Source of the DNA: Octopus vulgaris | Taxonomy: Eukaryota | Length of the DNA: 64,000 bases | Assembly (NCBI GenBank): GCA_951406725.2 | Contig: OX597822.1 | Location: forward strand, 64,914,001-64,978,000 | Direction of reading: 5' to 3' | The notes under the pieces: generated by a model | What the model was told of the DNA's origin: nothing | Database searches by the model: none | Seen by the model: only the letters and a program-made list of their open reading frames with translations | Part shown: positions 29,042 through 43,681 of the stretch, piece by piece | Position numbering within the stretch: position 1 is the first letter of the stretch | How the letters are laid out: the number at the start of each line of letters is the position of its first letter | Position numbers and translations under genes: made by a program

Positions 29042-29206
29042 TATGTTTGACTTTTGCTTTATATTTGTACAAGTTGGCTCCAAGTCTCACCCAGAGACAT
29101 CAAGAGACAACAGGTTGAAAGTTCGTGTTGTTGTTATGCCTAGTGTGCCATATATTTGGTTTTGTATTATATGGTATTATCATTATTATTATTAATATTA
29201 CCATTA

Positions 29207-29237
<31 letters not shown>

Positions 29238-29275
29238 AATTATTATTATTATTATTATTATTATCATTATTATTA

Positions 29276-29344
<69 letters not shown>

Positions 29345-29345
<1 letters not shown>

Positions 29346-29615
29346 GGCCTTTGCACAGCTTCTAACGCTGTCAGATTTTCACTACCATTGAACTAAGTTA
29401 ACACCTCTTATTTTTCGAGCACCTTCCAGAGTATTCTAGCGGTTCCAAGCAGTGCTGTTTTCTGCAAGTGCTCCACTCTTAGTGCAACCCCTATTTGTTC
29501 CACGTACTTCTCTAGATGTTTGCTCACTGTTCTCAGGGCTCCGCCAGTTATTGATGCCTTTTCCATTGACCACAACTGCTTAACTTCCCAAGCTAATATG
29601 TCATATCTCTCGAAA
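29345..29615 (-). mobile_element. R4/Dong-like non-LTR retrotransposon 3' end
   Basis: Minus strand translates as RYDILAWEVKQLWSMEKASITGGALRTVSKHLEKYVEQIGVALRVEHLQKTALLGTARILWKVLEK*, then a short 3' UTR and (TAA)n. Confidence 0.8.
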
Positions 29616-29669
29616 TTTCTTTCTATTTTCTATTTTTATTATTTATTTTCTATTTTTGATTCTATTATT

Positions 29670-30155
<486 letters not shown>

Positions 30156-30215
30156 TATTATTTTTATTATTATCATTATTGTTATTATTATTATTATTAA
30201 TATCATTATTATTAA

Positions 30216-30293
<78 letters not shown>

Positions 30294-30437
30294 TATTATT
30301 ATTATTTTTATTATTATTATGAATCATTAACAAAGGCTAAGGTATTCAATATTCTAAAATATGACTTAATACATGTCGCATAATTGTAAAAACGTGAGTA
30401 AAACTATTTTTACTTAATTCAATATTTGACGTTTTAT

Positions 30438-30473
30438 AACGCATTTCTCTGCTGGAAAGCAGTTCATCAGAGG
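30438..30473 (-). ncRNA. Degenerate hammerhead motif
   Basis: CUGAUGA A CUGC uuucca GCAG A GAAAU GCGUU; stem I no longer pairs. Confidence 0.4.
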
Positions 30474-31045
30474 TGTGAGCAAATATGCAGGGCTTAATAA
30501 TTAAATAGTTAAAGAGAGGAGACATAAAAGAACAAAGGCAAATTAATGAGAAAGGAAGAATTTTAACAGGAAGTTAGGCGAGACATTTTAAGCAGTGGGA
30601 GGTGTGCCGTGCAATATATATAAGAGAGAGAAAACTTCAAATAGTTTGGACGCTCTCAGCAATAGAATTTAAAACAATAATGTTGATGATGATGATAATA
30701 ATGAATAAATAAATAAATAAATAAATAAATAAAGGGAGGTGAAGAATGTCCAGAAATGTAGGGAAGGTGTGGTCGGATCAAAGGACCAAATGCCATTGTA
30801 AATATTTGATATTTGTTTATATGTTTTCGAAAACTACAGCGCAATTAAAAATATGAATAAATAACTAAAAGATTAATTTAGAATTTAAATTACTCTGTTC
30901 TGTTTATAACTTCGAGTCAGAGAAAGTTTGCAGGTAATGCTCCATATTTAAATATGTCTGAAAAAGGAAACAAAACTTACTAAGACATTTTTATACTTAT
31001 TTTACATATTTAATGATTATTTGTGTTAATGAGTATTAAGAAAAA

Positions 31046-31088
<43 letters not shown>

Positions 31089-31490
31089 AACGAAACTTTA
31101 TAAGTCTTGGCACGACTTCCATTAGTTTCAGAAAATGTAGATAAATATTTTAGTAATGTCGAAAGGTTTCATCAAATACAGAAAACAGAATTCTGCTAGT
31201 AATGAATTATAAATAGATACATATATGAGGAAATTGGCAAAAATGTAGATAATAATTATATGTATTTTGATATTGATTTCAGATTTTCGTACAAGGCCAA
31301 TAATATCGGGGGAAGGAATAAGTCGATTTGAACGACCGCAGTGTTCAACTGGTACTTATTTTAAGGAAATCGAAAGGATGAATGGCAAAATGTCGCTAAG
31401 CATTTTACCCGGCGTGACGACAGTTCTCCCAGCTTGCCCCCTTTATCTGTATTCCCATATTAGTATATCTACCTAGCAATGGATTATTAC

Positions 31491-31560
<70 letters not shown>

Positions 31561-31667
31561 GGCTTGATCGCTTAGCCAGCGGGGTGGCGTCATTTGAAGG
31601 ATAAAACAATGCGAAGCGCATTGTGAACGGCGATGTGTAGCAACATCTGATACCCTGCTCGGTCACG

Positions 31668-31743
<76 letters not shown>

Positions 31744-32076
31744 GGATCATTTGCTTTTCTGCGTTGATAAAATAAAGTACTGGTCAATATAATCAGCTTA
31801 CCCCCTCCCTTCAAAATTGCTGGCCTTGTACTTAGCAGGATTTTATCCATCAATACCTTCGGAGCTCAAATTTGACTGAGGTAGGCTTTCCCTTTCATCC
31901 TTTCAGGGTCGATTAAATATAATAACAATCAAATACTAGGGTCAATGTAATCAACTAGCCCCCCACACTGCCCCACCTCTCCCAAGTATTTAAAGCCTTG
32001 TGCCTATATATGGCAGTGAGCTCTTCAAATTGTTAGTATTCTGGACGAAATGACGAAATATACTGGTATCTATCAA

Positions 32077-32476
32077 GGTGGCAAGTTGGCAGAAACGTTA
32101 GCACGTCGGGCGAAATGCTTAGCGGTATTTCGTTTGCCGCTACGTTCTGAGTTCAAATTCCGCCGAGGTCGACTTTGCCTTTCATCATTCCGGGGTCGAT
32201 TAAATAAGTACCAGTTACGCACTGGTGTCGATATAATCGACTTAATCCGTTTGTCTGTCCTTGTTTGTCTTCTCGGTGTTTAGCCCCTTGTGGGTAGTAA
32301 AGAAATTGGTATTTCGTTTGTCTTTATGTTCTGGGTTCATATTCCACCTAGGTCGACTTTGCCTTTCATCCTTTCGGGGTCGATAAATTAGATATAGTTG
32401 CGTACCTGGGATCGATCTAATCGATTGGTCCCCTCACCCCAAATTTCGGGCCTTGTGCCTAGAGTAGAAAAGAATA
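32077..32476 (+). mobile_element. SINE family B dimer (type-1 tail unit joined to type-2 tail unit)
   Basis: Junction AAAGAAATT|GGTATTTCG at about 32308. Confidence 0.85.
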
Positions 32477-32750
32477 TTGGTACCTATCACACCTGAATTC
32501 GATCGGAGGTAGTTCTTATACTTTCTGTGACTTACAATTATTTTAACACCAGGCGTAAGTTATTAGTCGTCCCGCAGGCGCTTTGTAGCAGTGAAGCAGC
32601 GAACAAGCAAAACATATATATTGGGTATATGCGTTCGATAATGTTTACAACACTAGCGTTGCTTCTTATTCATATCTGAATACATATACATGAATCCGAA
32701 GGGAGACACACTCTAAAACATTAACGTTTTAATATTTGGAAGTTTGTAAA

Positions 32751-33146
32751 GGAGGCGAACTGGGAGAAGAGTTAACACGCTGGGCGAAATACTTAGCAGT
32801 ATTACTTCTGTCTTTACGTTCTGAGTTTAAATTCCGCTGAGGTCAACTTTGCCTTTCATCCTTTCGGGGGTCGATAAATTAAATATCAGTAACGTACTGG
32901 GGTCGATATAATCGACTTAATCCGTTTGTCTGTCCTTGTTTGTCCACTCTATGTTTAGCCCCTTGTGGATAGTAAAGAAATAGGTATTACGTCTGTCTTT
33001 ATGTTCTGAGTTTAAATTCCGTCGACTATGCCTTTCATCCTTTCGGAGTCGATAAATTAAGTACCACTTGCATACTGGTGTCGATCTAATCGACTGGCTC
33101 TCTGTCCCAAAATTTTGGGTCGTGTGCCTAGATTAGAAACGAATAT
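32751..33146 (+). mobile_element. SINE family B dimer
   Basis: Junction AAAGAAATA|GGTATTACG at about 32982. Confidence 0.85.
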
Positions 33147-33696
33147 TTGGAAGATTGCTGAGTATATGGCCGGTTTCGCACTTATAAAGCGCCCAGCTGT
33201 ATAGGCGACTCGTTAGAATCAAACGGCTGGAAGCATATAACATCTTTATAAATGAGAATTGTAGACAGGCTCACAGAGGTTATGTACCTCCGTCATTTGA
33301 GTCACCTATACAGTTAAGCCCTCACTGTCATCCCCTCTTTTCTCTGTCCTTCACTGTCTATCTATTCGTCTCTTCCCCTCTCATTCTCTCTCTGTGTATA
33401 TAGCTATTTGAGTGTAAGTGATTGTATGAATACGTATATATAAATGTACGAATACATAATGTCTCAATATACAAGTTAATTTGTTCCTGCAGATAACCAT
33501 ATATTCTGTGGTAAGAAATTTGCTTTCCAAACAGTTCCTGTATTTCATTTAATATTTAATATTTGTGTAATTTAGAATGTATTCACCACTCTAGGTGCGG
33601 AAGAGTCAGTAATCCGGAAATAATTTGGAACCAAGGATTCCGGAAAATCGATGTTGTATCCATATACAGTATATATATATATATATATTTATATGA

Positions 33697-33849
<153 letters not shown>

Positions 33850-33995
33850 ACTATCAAAAGAACACAAATGGGGTTGAACGTTATTTTCGCATTCATTAAT
33901 AAAAGTTCTTGGTTTTACAATTTCGTCGCACCGGGAAGCAATCCTGAGTCGGACCGACTGGATAAATTAGAGCTGGTGCCAACGTTCTTTTAGTG

Positions 33996-34192
33996 TTTTA
34001 CTTGTTTCAGTCATTTGACTGCGGCCATGCTGGAACGCCGCCCTTAGTCGACCATATCGTCCCGAGGACTTATTCTTTGTAAGCTTAGTACTTATTCTAT
34101 CGGCCCTTTTGCCGAACGTCTAAGTTACGGAGACGTAAACACACCAGCATTGGTTGTCAAGCGATGGAGGGGGACAAACACAGACACACAAT

Positions 34193-34287
<95 letters not shown>

Positions 34288-34557
34288 CCACATATACTGT
34301 TATGTCTGGGGAGAGTCATTCTCTTTTAGTGCCTTATAATTCTTATAATTTAACAAATTCACCGGTAAAGTTTCCATACATTTACTCATTTATTTATTTA
34401 TTTATAGGAAAAATAAATAAGTAAATGAGTGGAAACTTTACCGGTGAGTGTGTTAAATTATAAGGCACAAAAAGAAAATGACTCTCCTCAGACACAACAG
34501 AATATACTTCAACACACGATCTCACATAAAGAATCTTGCAAACCAAATCCCAAAGCG

Positions 34558-34625
<68 letters not shown>

Positions 34626-34785
34626 GACGGGCTTCTTTCAGTTTCCGTGTACCAAATCCACTCACAAGGTTTTGATCGGCCCGAGGCTATAGTAGAAAAC
34701 ACTTGTCCAAGGTGCCACGCAGTGAGACTGAACCCAGAACCAGGTGATTGGAAAGGAAGCTTCTTATCACACTGTTACTCCCACG
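33996..34785 (-). mobile_element. SINE family A with a MITE inserted in its internal (TA)n
   Basis: Tail half 33996-34190, head half 34622-34785. Confidence 0.8.
34293..34505. mobile_element. Fold-back MITE (~100-bp inverted arms)
   Basis: CTGTTATGTCTGGGGAGAGTCATT...CACCGGTAAAGTTTCCA / TGGAAACTTTACCGGTG...AATGACTCTCCTCAGACACAACAG, in a TA context. Confidence 0.8.
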
Positions 34786-35036
34786 GCCGGACATATCTAC
34801 ATATCCTCACTATCCTACCAACATATAAGACCGCCATGTTCGTTTCACCACACCGTGAAGCCTATCTTATTGTGCCTAGCCACTTCAGGCGCCCAATGTT
34901 CTAATGTGCGTAGATTCTAATACAACCTATGATTAATCTCCTTATTCCTCGGCGGAGTTAGAACACATAACATGAAGAGGGGTGAGATGCTGTATTTTAT
35001 CCGGCGTGTTAACGATTCTAGAAGGTCGCCTCTGTA

Positions 35037-35094
<58 letters not shown>

Positions 35095-35365
35095 TAATAA
35101 TGATAATGATTTCAAATTTTGGCAGACGAGCAGTAGTTTTATATTGACCCCTGTACTCAACTGATACTTATTTTATCGACCCCGAAAGGATGAAAATCTA
35201 AGTTGACATCGGTGGAATTTGAACTGAGAACGTAAATTCGGACGAAATACCGCTAATCATTTTGCCCGGCGTATTAACGATTCTGCCAGAATGTCGCTTT
35301 TAATGATAATAGTAATCCTTTCTATTATAGGAACAAGGCCTGAAATTTTGGAGGAGGGAACTAGT

Positions 35366-36242
35366 TTTCGAGAAGGTGACAGAGCAAAAAAATGGTACGA
35401 ACATAAACCCGAAGGCATCATCGAAAATGATAATGCAAAGATCCTATGGGATTTTATGATTCAGTGCGACCATGAGAAAGAATATAGGAAACCAGGCATG
35501 GTGTTAATTAAGAAAGAAAGCAAACGATGCTGGATTATAGATATAGCATGCCCAGCTGACAACAATGTATGCGATAAGGAAGAAAGAAAAGTTGATAAAT
35601 ATGGTAGGTTAGCTTGGGAAGTTAAGCATTTGTGGTCACTAAAAATGGTGGTAGTAGGACTAATAATTGCCAGAGCCGTGGGAAGAGTTGCTTACCAACC
35701 ACATGGTTCCGAGTTCAGTCCCACTGCGTGGAACCTAGGGTGCTTGGGCAAGTGTCTTCTACTCTAGCCTCAGGCCGACCAAAGCCTTGTGAGTGGATTT
35801 GGTAGATGGAAACTGAAAGAAGCCCGTCGTATATATGTATACATATATATGTGTGTGTGTATACATTTGTGTGTCCGTGTTTGTTCTCCCAACATCGCTT
35901 GACAACCGATGCTGGTGTGTTGCGTCCCCGTAACTTAGCGGTTCGGCAAAGGTGACCGATAGAATAAGTACTAGGCTCACAAAGAATAAGTCCTGGAGTC
36001 GATTTGCTCGACTAAAGGCGGTGCTCCAGCATGGCTACAGTCAAATTACTGAAACAGGTAAAAGAGTAAAGAGTAAATAGGAGGTGTAATAATGGTGGAG
36101 CAGTTACAGAAATCATCACTGCTTGGACCCGCTTGAATACTCCGGATGGTGCTCGGAAAATAAGGGGTGTTACTTTTGTCCTAAGGTAGTGAACTGCTGA
36201 CACCGTAGTACATCTCCAGCATTAGAAGCTGTGCAAAGACAC

Positions 36243-36245
<3 letters not shown>
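35366..36245 (+). mobile_element. R4/Dong-like retrotransposon 3' fragment (restriction-like endonuclease domain), interrupted by SINE A
   Basis: WYEHKPEGIIENDNAKILWDFMIQCDHEKEYRKPGMVLIKKESKRCWIIDIACPADNNVCDKEERKVDKYGRLAWEVKHLW (PD..D..K-type RLE with D->G). Resumes near 36120 as LGPA*ILRMVLGK*; the 3' UTR resembles 29345-29410 and ends in (TAA)n. Confidence 0.85.
35677..36075 (+). mobile_element. SINE family A
   Basis: Matches family A. Confidence 0.85.
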
Positions 36246-36317
<72 letters not shown>

Positions 36318-36318
<1 letters not shown>

Positions 36319-36682
36319 TCTTTCTACTTTAGGCACAAGGCTTGAAATTTTTGGGGAGGGGACCAGTCGATTTCATCGACCCCGAAAGGATGAAAGGCAA
36401 AGTCGACCTCGGCGGAATTTGAACTCAGAACGTAGCGGCAGACGAAATACATATTTCTTTGCTACCTACAAGGGGCTAAACACCACACAGAGGACAGACA
36501 AACGGATTAAGTCGATTACATCGACCCCCAGTGCGTAACTGGTACTTAATTTAATCGACCCCGAAAGGGTGAAAGGCAAAGTCGTCCTTGGCGGAAATTG
36601 AACTGTATTGAGTGTAGCGACGGGCGAAATACGGCTAAACATTTCATCCAGCTTTCTAAACGATTCTGCCAGCTCGCGACCC
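36318..36682 (-). mobile_element. SINE family B dimer between (TAA)n tracts
   Basis: Two CCCCGAAAGG.TGAAAGGCAAAGTCG units. Confidence 0.8.
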
Positions 36683-36705
36683 TAATGATAATAATAATAA
36701 TAATG

Positions 36706-36763
<58 letters not shown>

Positions 36764-37529
36764 TAATAATAATAATAATGATGATGATGATGATGATGAT
36801 CATGATGATCATGATGATCATGATGATCATGATGATCATGATGAAATAATTTTCTATATCATTGTTAGTCAGTTTTACAATCCAGCCGCTTCTACTACTT
36901 TCATACATTTATTATTATTTTTTAATTCCTTTATTCCCTTGTACATATTCATGTTTTTTTCTCTCCCTTTTTTCGGCCAATGTTCTTTTCTCCTAATGTC
37001 AAACTCTTCTGTTATTAATCTACCGTTGTGCATCTGTCAGTAAACACCTTCCACTGTCGAATTTTTTTTCTTCCTCCCACTTTATTTTCTAATTCTAACT
37101 CATTTTGTCCTGGCTTTACATCTTTTGGTCTTTGTTCTCTCCTTATTCAATAGACAGTCTCTCTTTCTCTCTCACTTATCTCCCTCCTCCTCTATCTTTC
37201 TCTTTTTATTTCTCTCTCTCTTATAGTTCCAAGTGTCAGGTCTCTTAATAGAAAAAAATGGCTGATTGACAACGAATGCTAAAGTAAAGTAGAGAAAATG
37301 GGTCATGGGTAAGAGGTGGGGGTTGAGGGTTTGTGTTAAAGTGCCACGGTGCTTGGCATGGACCCCTAGTTAATTAAAAATACTTATTAATATATGTCTG
37401 TTCCCTTCATATTGAAGAACGGGGTCCTACAAAATATATATTAAAAAATAAGAGAGAGAAGAGGGAGTGAGAGAAGGGAATCTGCCATCACTTCTGACCC
37501 CGAAATGTCTAGCATCTTTAACAAGACCA

Positions 37530-37543
37530 TGAACAAGACAACC

Positions 37544-37574
<31 letters not shown>

Positions 37575-38618
37575 GCAACCACAGCAACAACAAGACCTCA
37601 CGGTGGCTGTAGTAAGAACAAGAACAAGAACAACAACAACAGCAACAGCAGCAGCAACAATGTCAACAACATCTCTAATAATATTAGTTGAGATACCAAA
37701 AGATGACGACAGCGACGTAGACGACGACGAGAATGATGATGATGATGATGTTGATGACGGCGGCGGCGGCGGCGGCGGTGGTGGTGGTGGTGATGATGAT
37801 GGTATTGGTGGTGGTGGTGATGATGATGGTATTGGTGGTGGTGGTGATGATGGTGAAGAAGCAGAAATAAATTGCTGCTGCTGCGGCTGCTGGTGATGAC
37901 AATGAAGATAAGAACAGTTTGGCCGTGGCAGCGTTAATGATGATGACGGCGGCGCAGCGGCGATGGTGGCGGTGATGGTAGGTAATGCTGGTAGTTGTAG
38001 GAGTGGTGGTGAGAAGGCTGCTGCGGCAGATGTTGATGATGATGATGATGATGATGGTGATTTATGAGATATATGCATTCTTATGATTAATCCCTCTCAG
38101 AACCGCTGTCTCTCCCCTTTCACTCATTACTTATTTTCATTTTGTCTTTTCTTTTTTTTTTTTTGTTCTTCCACCTGGGCTATTCAACATTTTCTCACCT
38201 TCCTTCAACATCATATTCGTCATCACACACTTCTGTCATCGTCATGACCCTAATCGTCATCATCATCATCATCATCATCATCGTCATCGTCATTGTGATC
38301 ATCGTCATCATCATCATCATCATCATCATCGTCGTCGTCAGCATCATCATTAACGGTGTTATTCTCATCGTCGTCGATGGTGGTGACGATGAGGACGATG
38401 ATGATGATGATGATGATGATCACAATGATGATGATGATGACGATGGTGATGTTAATGATGGTGATGACGATGGAGGCAATGATGATGTCAATGATGATGA
38501 TGATGATGTTGGTGTTGATGACAACGATGATGATGATATAGATGATGATGATGACAACAAATACAACGACGATGATAATGATGCTCCTCCACTTTCCCTC
38601 ATCATTATCGTCGTCCTG

Positions 38619-38674
<56 letters not shown>

Positions 38675-39091
38675 TGCGGTAGTACTTCATGTGCTAATAA
38701 TACTTTCAAAGTTTGGCACAAGGCCAGCAATTACGTGGGGGAGGGGGTGCACTTCGATCATATCGATATCAGTACTTAACTGCTACATTGTTTTATTGAT
38801 CTTGAAAAGCGAAGCCGACTTCAGCATAATTTGAGCTCATTATGTAGAGAGCCGGAAGAAACGTTACCACCATAATGACCACCGCCACAAACATCCATTA
38901 TCGTCATCATAATCATCATCATCAGCATCATTATCATCTTCATCATCATCATCATTGTCATCAACTTAATCACCATCGTCATTATCACTATCACGTTGTA
39001 ATCTCTTATTATATTACTAAGTTTCTGATTTAATAATACAGCGCAAGCCATTCTCCTCCTCCTCCTCCTCCTCCTCCTCCTCATCATCATC

Positions 39092-39123
<32 letters not shown>

Positions 39124-39139
39124 CATTATCATTATTATT

Positions 39140-39226
<87 letters not shown>

Positions 39227-39270
39227 GTCGTTGTTGTTGCTATTGTTGCTACAGTTATTATTTTGTTGAA
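37530..39270. repeat. Mixed trinucleotide low-complexity region (AAC, GAT, GGT, CAT, GTA, ATT)
   Basis: Directly visible. Confidence 0.85.
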
Positions 39271-39603
39271 TGGAACACGATGTATCCTGATTATTGAAAC
39301 ACGAGAACTCCATTAATAACACATCTTAACTACAACACTATCTGAAAAATCTCTGTCTTACTGCCGATCTTGTGAAAGAGCGCAAAAATCATGGTCACAT
39401 ACAAACACACAAACACGCTACTACGAATTATATTCTAGCTCATCCTATCCTAAACTTAATCCCCCACTCACTGATCAATTTTCTAATATGTTATTTACCA
39501 TTTAAATGTTGAGATCCGCCACGAGCCAACTCCGGAAACAATACGTGGTGCCTAAAAATTGTGTGAGTGACGCAATAACTAAATGTCCTGTGAATTAGAT
39601 ATA

Positions 39604-40203
39604 TCATGTACATTGTTTTGCCTTGGTATAAAAGATGGGCTACAACAAATGCCCTGATGCAGTACCAGGCAGTGGCTCTCGTGGCTTCTGATATTAACTG
39701 ATTGCAAGTGTTATCATGTACATTGTTTTGTCTTGGTATAAAAGGTGGGCTACAGCAAATATTCTGCTCAATACCACAGATTTGCTTCTCAGTTGTTTGA
39801 CCTTAACCAGTTGAAGTTGTTCCTTAGTGGCTGACGAAATGTGCATCTCTGATCACGAGCAGAAGTAGTGGGGGAGCATCATAGCTATGTGTTTAGAGGA
39901 ATTCTTGGGGTTTGAATAATTCACCTTTGGAAACATGGATGTTTCGTTCAACATCCTTATACAACCCTTATTCAGGGACATTTTGAGCGTGATGGGTTAC
40001 TCGACCAGAAGAAAATTCTAACTGGGCCCCACCTGCAAAGTCATGCGCTGTTTATCTTGATATGAGATCCCCATGTCGCGCACACATGGTTGTGATGCAT
40101 GTGCCTAGTGTGCCCTTATCAGACAGGTAGACATGATGGGTATACTGGGCTTCGTATATTTTACCCCAGTGTCATTTTGATGGCATGCACTGCTCTCTCA
40201 CTC
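39604..40203 (+). mobile_element. Element C, full length, followed by (AAT)n
   Basis: ATGCCCTGATGCAGTACCAGGCAGTGG ... GGCATGCACTGCTCTCTCACTC-(AAT)n; 39604-39650 is an extra copy of an internal piece. Confidence 0.85.
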
Positions 40204-40246
<43 letters not shown>

Positions 40247-40249
40247 TAT

Positions 40250-40746
40250 ACTTGCCATTACATTTTTAATCAACCAAATATGAACCATTTTGATGCACAA
40301 TGCGTCTCCATCTTTCCTTTAACTTGAAAATACTCTCTTCCCAGAATTGAGGTGGTTTCAGGGCAAAGAATTGATCAAGGTATTTTTTTACGTCATCCAA
40401 GGAATTGAAATTTTTACCATTAAGACTATCCTGCAGAGACCTGAATAAGCGGAAATCCGAAGGAGCAATATCTAGTGAAGGAGGGTGGGGTAATACATCC
40501 CAGCCGAGCTGCAGCAATTTTTCCCAAAGCATCAAGTGCCGAAAAGGAACTTTCTTATCTCCCATTTTAAAGGGTTACAGAATTAACACAGATTATAGGA
40601 ACATAAATTTCCTTCCACGAAAAGATAGCCTAAACTGTGCTGTAAATGGAGGTGTAGTCACCTATTTTATGGACTCAACCATGTTCTAAAATAAATCGAA
40701 ATGTAAGCTACTATAAATCGGCACGAATTTTCCGAACAACCCAATA
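40250..40746 (-). mobile_element. Internally deleted mariner transposon
   Basis: ORF 40266-40565 contains LGWDVLPHPPSLDIAPSDFRLFRSLQ (YSPDLAPSDYHLF-like motif). TIR TTGGGTTGTTCGGAAAATTCGTGCCGATTT at 40744-40715 flanked by TA. Confidence 0.88.
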
Positions 40747-41231
40747 TATTGCATGATAATGCATTAAAAAGAACATATGGCTGTACAATACCCAGCATTT
40801 CATAGATTTATTCAAAGAGCATATCCAGCTGATCGAACAATCGAATCGCCGAAATCAGTGGAGGTGTTGTTCTCTTTGATGATGACTTTCTTACCGTTTT
40901 TATCGCCGATGCATTTGCCTTTGTTGGCAGTAAGATCAGTGTTAAAGGCGCTTTGTTTTACAGTAACCCGAGTCAGCCATCTTCGAGCAAAACTTTAACC
41001 AAAGGCGTCCCAACCTTGACCACTCCTATAGTTATTTTTTAAAAATCTATTATTTTTTCATGAACTACAGGGACCCATCTTCTTCTCCGATGCATTCTTT
41101 ATTGAAAATTTGGCTGCTATCTTTTGCATTTCGAACGACCGTGTAATGTCTATCCATTTAATTTGACTCTTACTGTCATTGTTGTTGCGGCTACTACCAC
41201 CACCACCACCACCACCACCACCACTACTACA

Positions 41232-41314
<83 letters not shown>

Positions 41315-41559
41315 CTCTGTAGCTTCTGTTGTTAATAAAGCAGCAAAATATTGCCAGAAAAAGACGAGATGTGCTTTGTATTGTCTGTCCGAGACATTCG
41401 TCTGTTTGGGTATTGTTGTGTTCGTATGTAAAGGACTTTTTAACAAATAGAAGTATTCTAAGGATTGTCCCACATATTGCAGCAATTTTGATGATAAGTG
41501 TCCAGTGTTCTAGTATAAAGAAAAAAAGATAGATTGATAAATGGAGGGATAGATTGATT

Positions 41560-41612
<53 letters not shown>

Positions 41613-41621
41613 ATAGATAGT

Positions 41622-41674
<53 letters not shown>

Positions 41675-41692
41675 GGATGGATAGAGTGATAA

Positions 41693-41723
<31 letters not shown>

Positions 41724-41772
41724 TAGATAGATAGATAGATGACAGACAGATAGACGGATGGATAGATGGATG

Positions 41773-41830
<58 letters not shown>

Positions 41831-42488
41831 GTGATAGATAGATGGATGGATAGAGTGATAGATTGGTGGATAGAATAAGGGAAAGGGATTAGGTGAAAAG
41901 AGAATGGAGATGGTGGGAGAGGAATGTTTAATGTTTAGTAGAACAGAGAGAAGCGAATGTGTGTAATAGTAGAGGTTAAGAGAGAGCAGGAAAGAGAGGA
42001 AGGTTCAGAGGGAGACAGAGAGAGAGAGGGAAAGAGAGGAAGAGAGATGGAGACAGAGAGAGTGAGGACAGGAAGAGGGAGGGAGAGAGGGAAGAGAGAG
42101 TGGAGAAGAGAAAGGAAGATGGAGAGGGAGAGAGAGACAAATGGGAGAAAGAGGAGAGAGGAAGAAGGAGAGAAAGAGGGGAAGAAAGGGAGAGAGGAAC
42201 AGAGAGACAGAAAGAATACGGAAAACTCTGTGTGCGTATGTGTGCGTGTGTGTGTGTGTGTGTGTGTATAAAAATAAGATAATTCTTTCTTATAAGCCAC
42301 AAAGGGCAACACATTTATTGCATTCAAATACACAATACATAAAGCTGTAAAAACGGCGGTGATTTTGGGAAAATTAGTGGAAGATGAAGACGAACTTACA
42401 CAAAGGCGCCAGGGTGGGTTAAAGAAGTTTAACAAAGAAACCACTTTAAAAGTTTGTAAAATAAGAATTCTATATTGATAATGAAGAA

Positions 42489-42547
<59 letters not shown>

Positions 42548-42648
42548 TAAGCAATAAAGGGGTTTGGCAACGAATTGCCTTACCACATACCGAATTTAGA
42601 AATAGCAGTCAAATTATTCCAAATTAATTAATTTCACTCTTCATTATT

Positions 42649-42719
<71 letters not shown>

Positions 42720-42721
<2 letters not shown>

Positions 42722-42882
42722 TGCAGGAGTGGCTGTGTAGTAAGGCTTGCTTACAAACCACATGGTTCCGGGTTGAGTCCCAACGGCGTGGGACTTTGGG
42801 CAAGTCTCTTCTATTATAGTCTCGGGCCGACCAAAGCCTTGTGAGTGGATTTGGTAAACAGAAACTGAAAGAATCACGTCGC

Positions 42883-42925
<43 letters not shown>

Positions 42926-43302
42926 CTCACATACATATCTTACATCTATTTTCTTTCCTCCATCTCACTCTCTATTTTGTATCACATCGAAACTAACTAT
43001 GATTTAATTTTTCCTCTCACACCGTCTCCGATGAAGGGATATTATTAATTAATATTCTAGAAACAGCTGTAAGACCTTCTATCTATAAATGCTCTAATAT
43101 CTATACAGCCTTGGTTTTTTTTATCTCATTACGCATAAAATTCATATATACACGCGCTGACATAGAACCAATGTTGAACCCTTTATTCGCAAAATCACCG
43201 CACCTGGAACTTAACTATGGTCTGTCTATAGCACTTATTCAGCATTACCCGACACCTTTGGGTCTCATTGATACCATTATCTCTTATAACCTCAACTTCT
43301 CG

Positions 43303-43370
<68 letters not shown>

Positions 43371-43630
43371 TATACATGTGTGTGTGTGTGTGTGTGTGTT
43401 TTTGTGTGTGTGTGTGTATGTGTGTGTCTGTGTTTGTCCCCCACCATCGCTTGACAACCGATGTTGGTGTGTTTACGTCCGCGTAACTTAGCGGTTCGGC
43501 AAAACGATACCGGTAGAATAAGAACTAGGCTTACAAAGAATAAGTCCTTCGGTCGATGTTTTCGAAGAAGGGTAGTGCAACAGCATGGCCGCAGTCAAAT
43601 GATTGAAGCAAATAAAAGAATAAAAGAATG
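42720..43630 (+). mobile_element. SINE family A split by an insertion in its internal microsatellite
   Basis: Head half 42720-42885, tail half about 43420-43630. Confidence 0.75.
43024..43075 (+). ncRNA. Type I hammerhead motif with CCGAUGA core
   Basis: GUCU CCGAUGA AGGGAUAUU auuaauu AAUAUUCU A GAAAC AGCU GUA AGAC. Stem I GUCU/AGAC, palindromic ACAGCUGU. Confidence 0.7.
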
Positions 43631-43681
43631 TGTATATAGGGAGAAAAACTAATAATATATTAAAACAGACTAACATGGTGT

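Noticed and set aside
37603-37896. Gly/Asp-rich ORF resembling a low-complexity protein
   Set aside because: Made of mixed trinucleotide repeats; no splice or domain support
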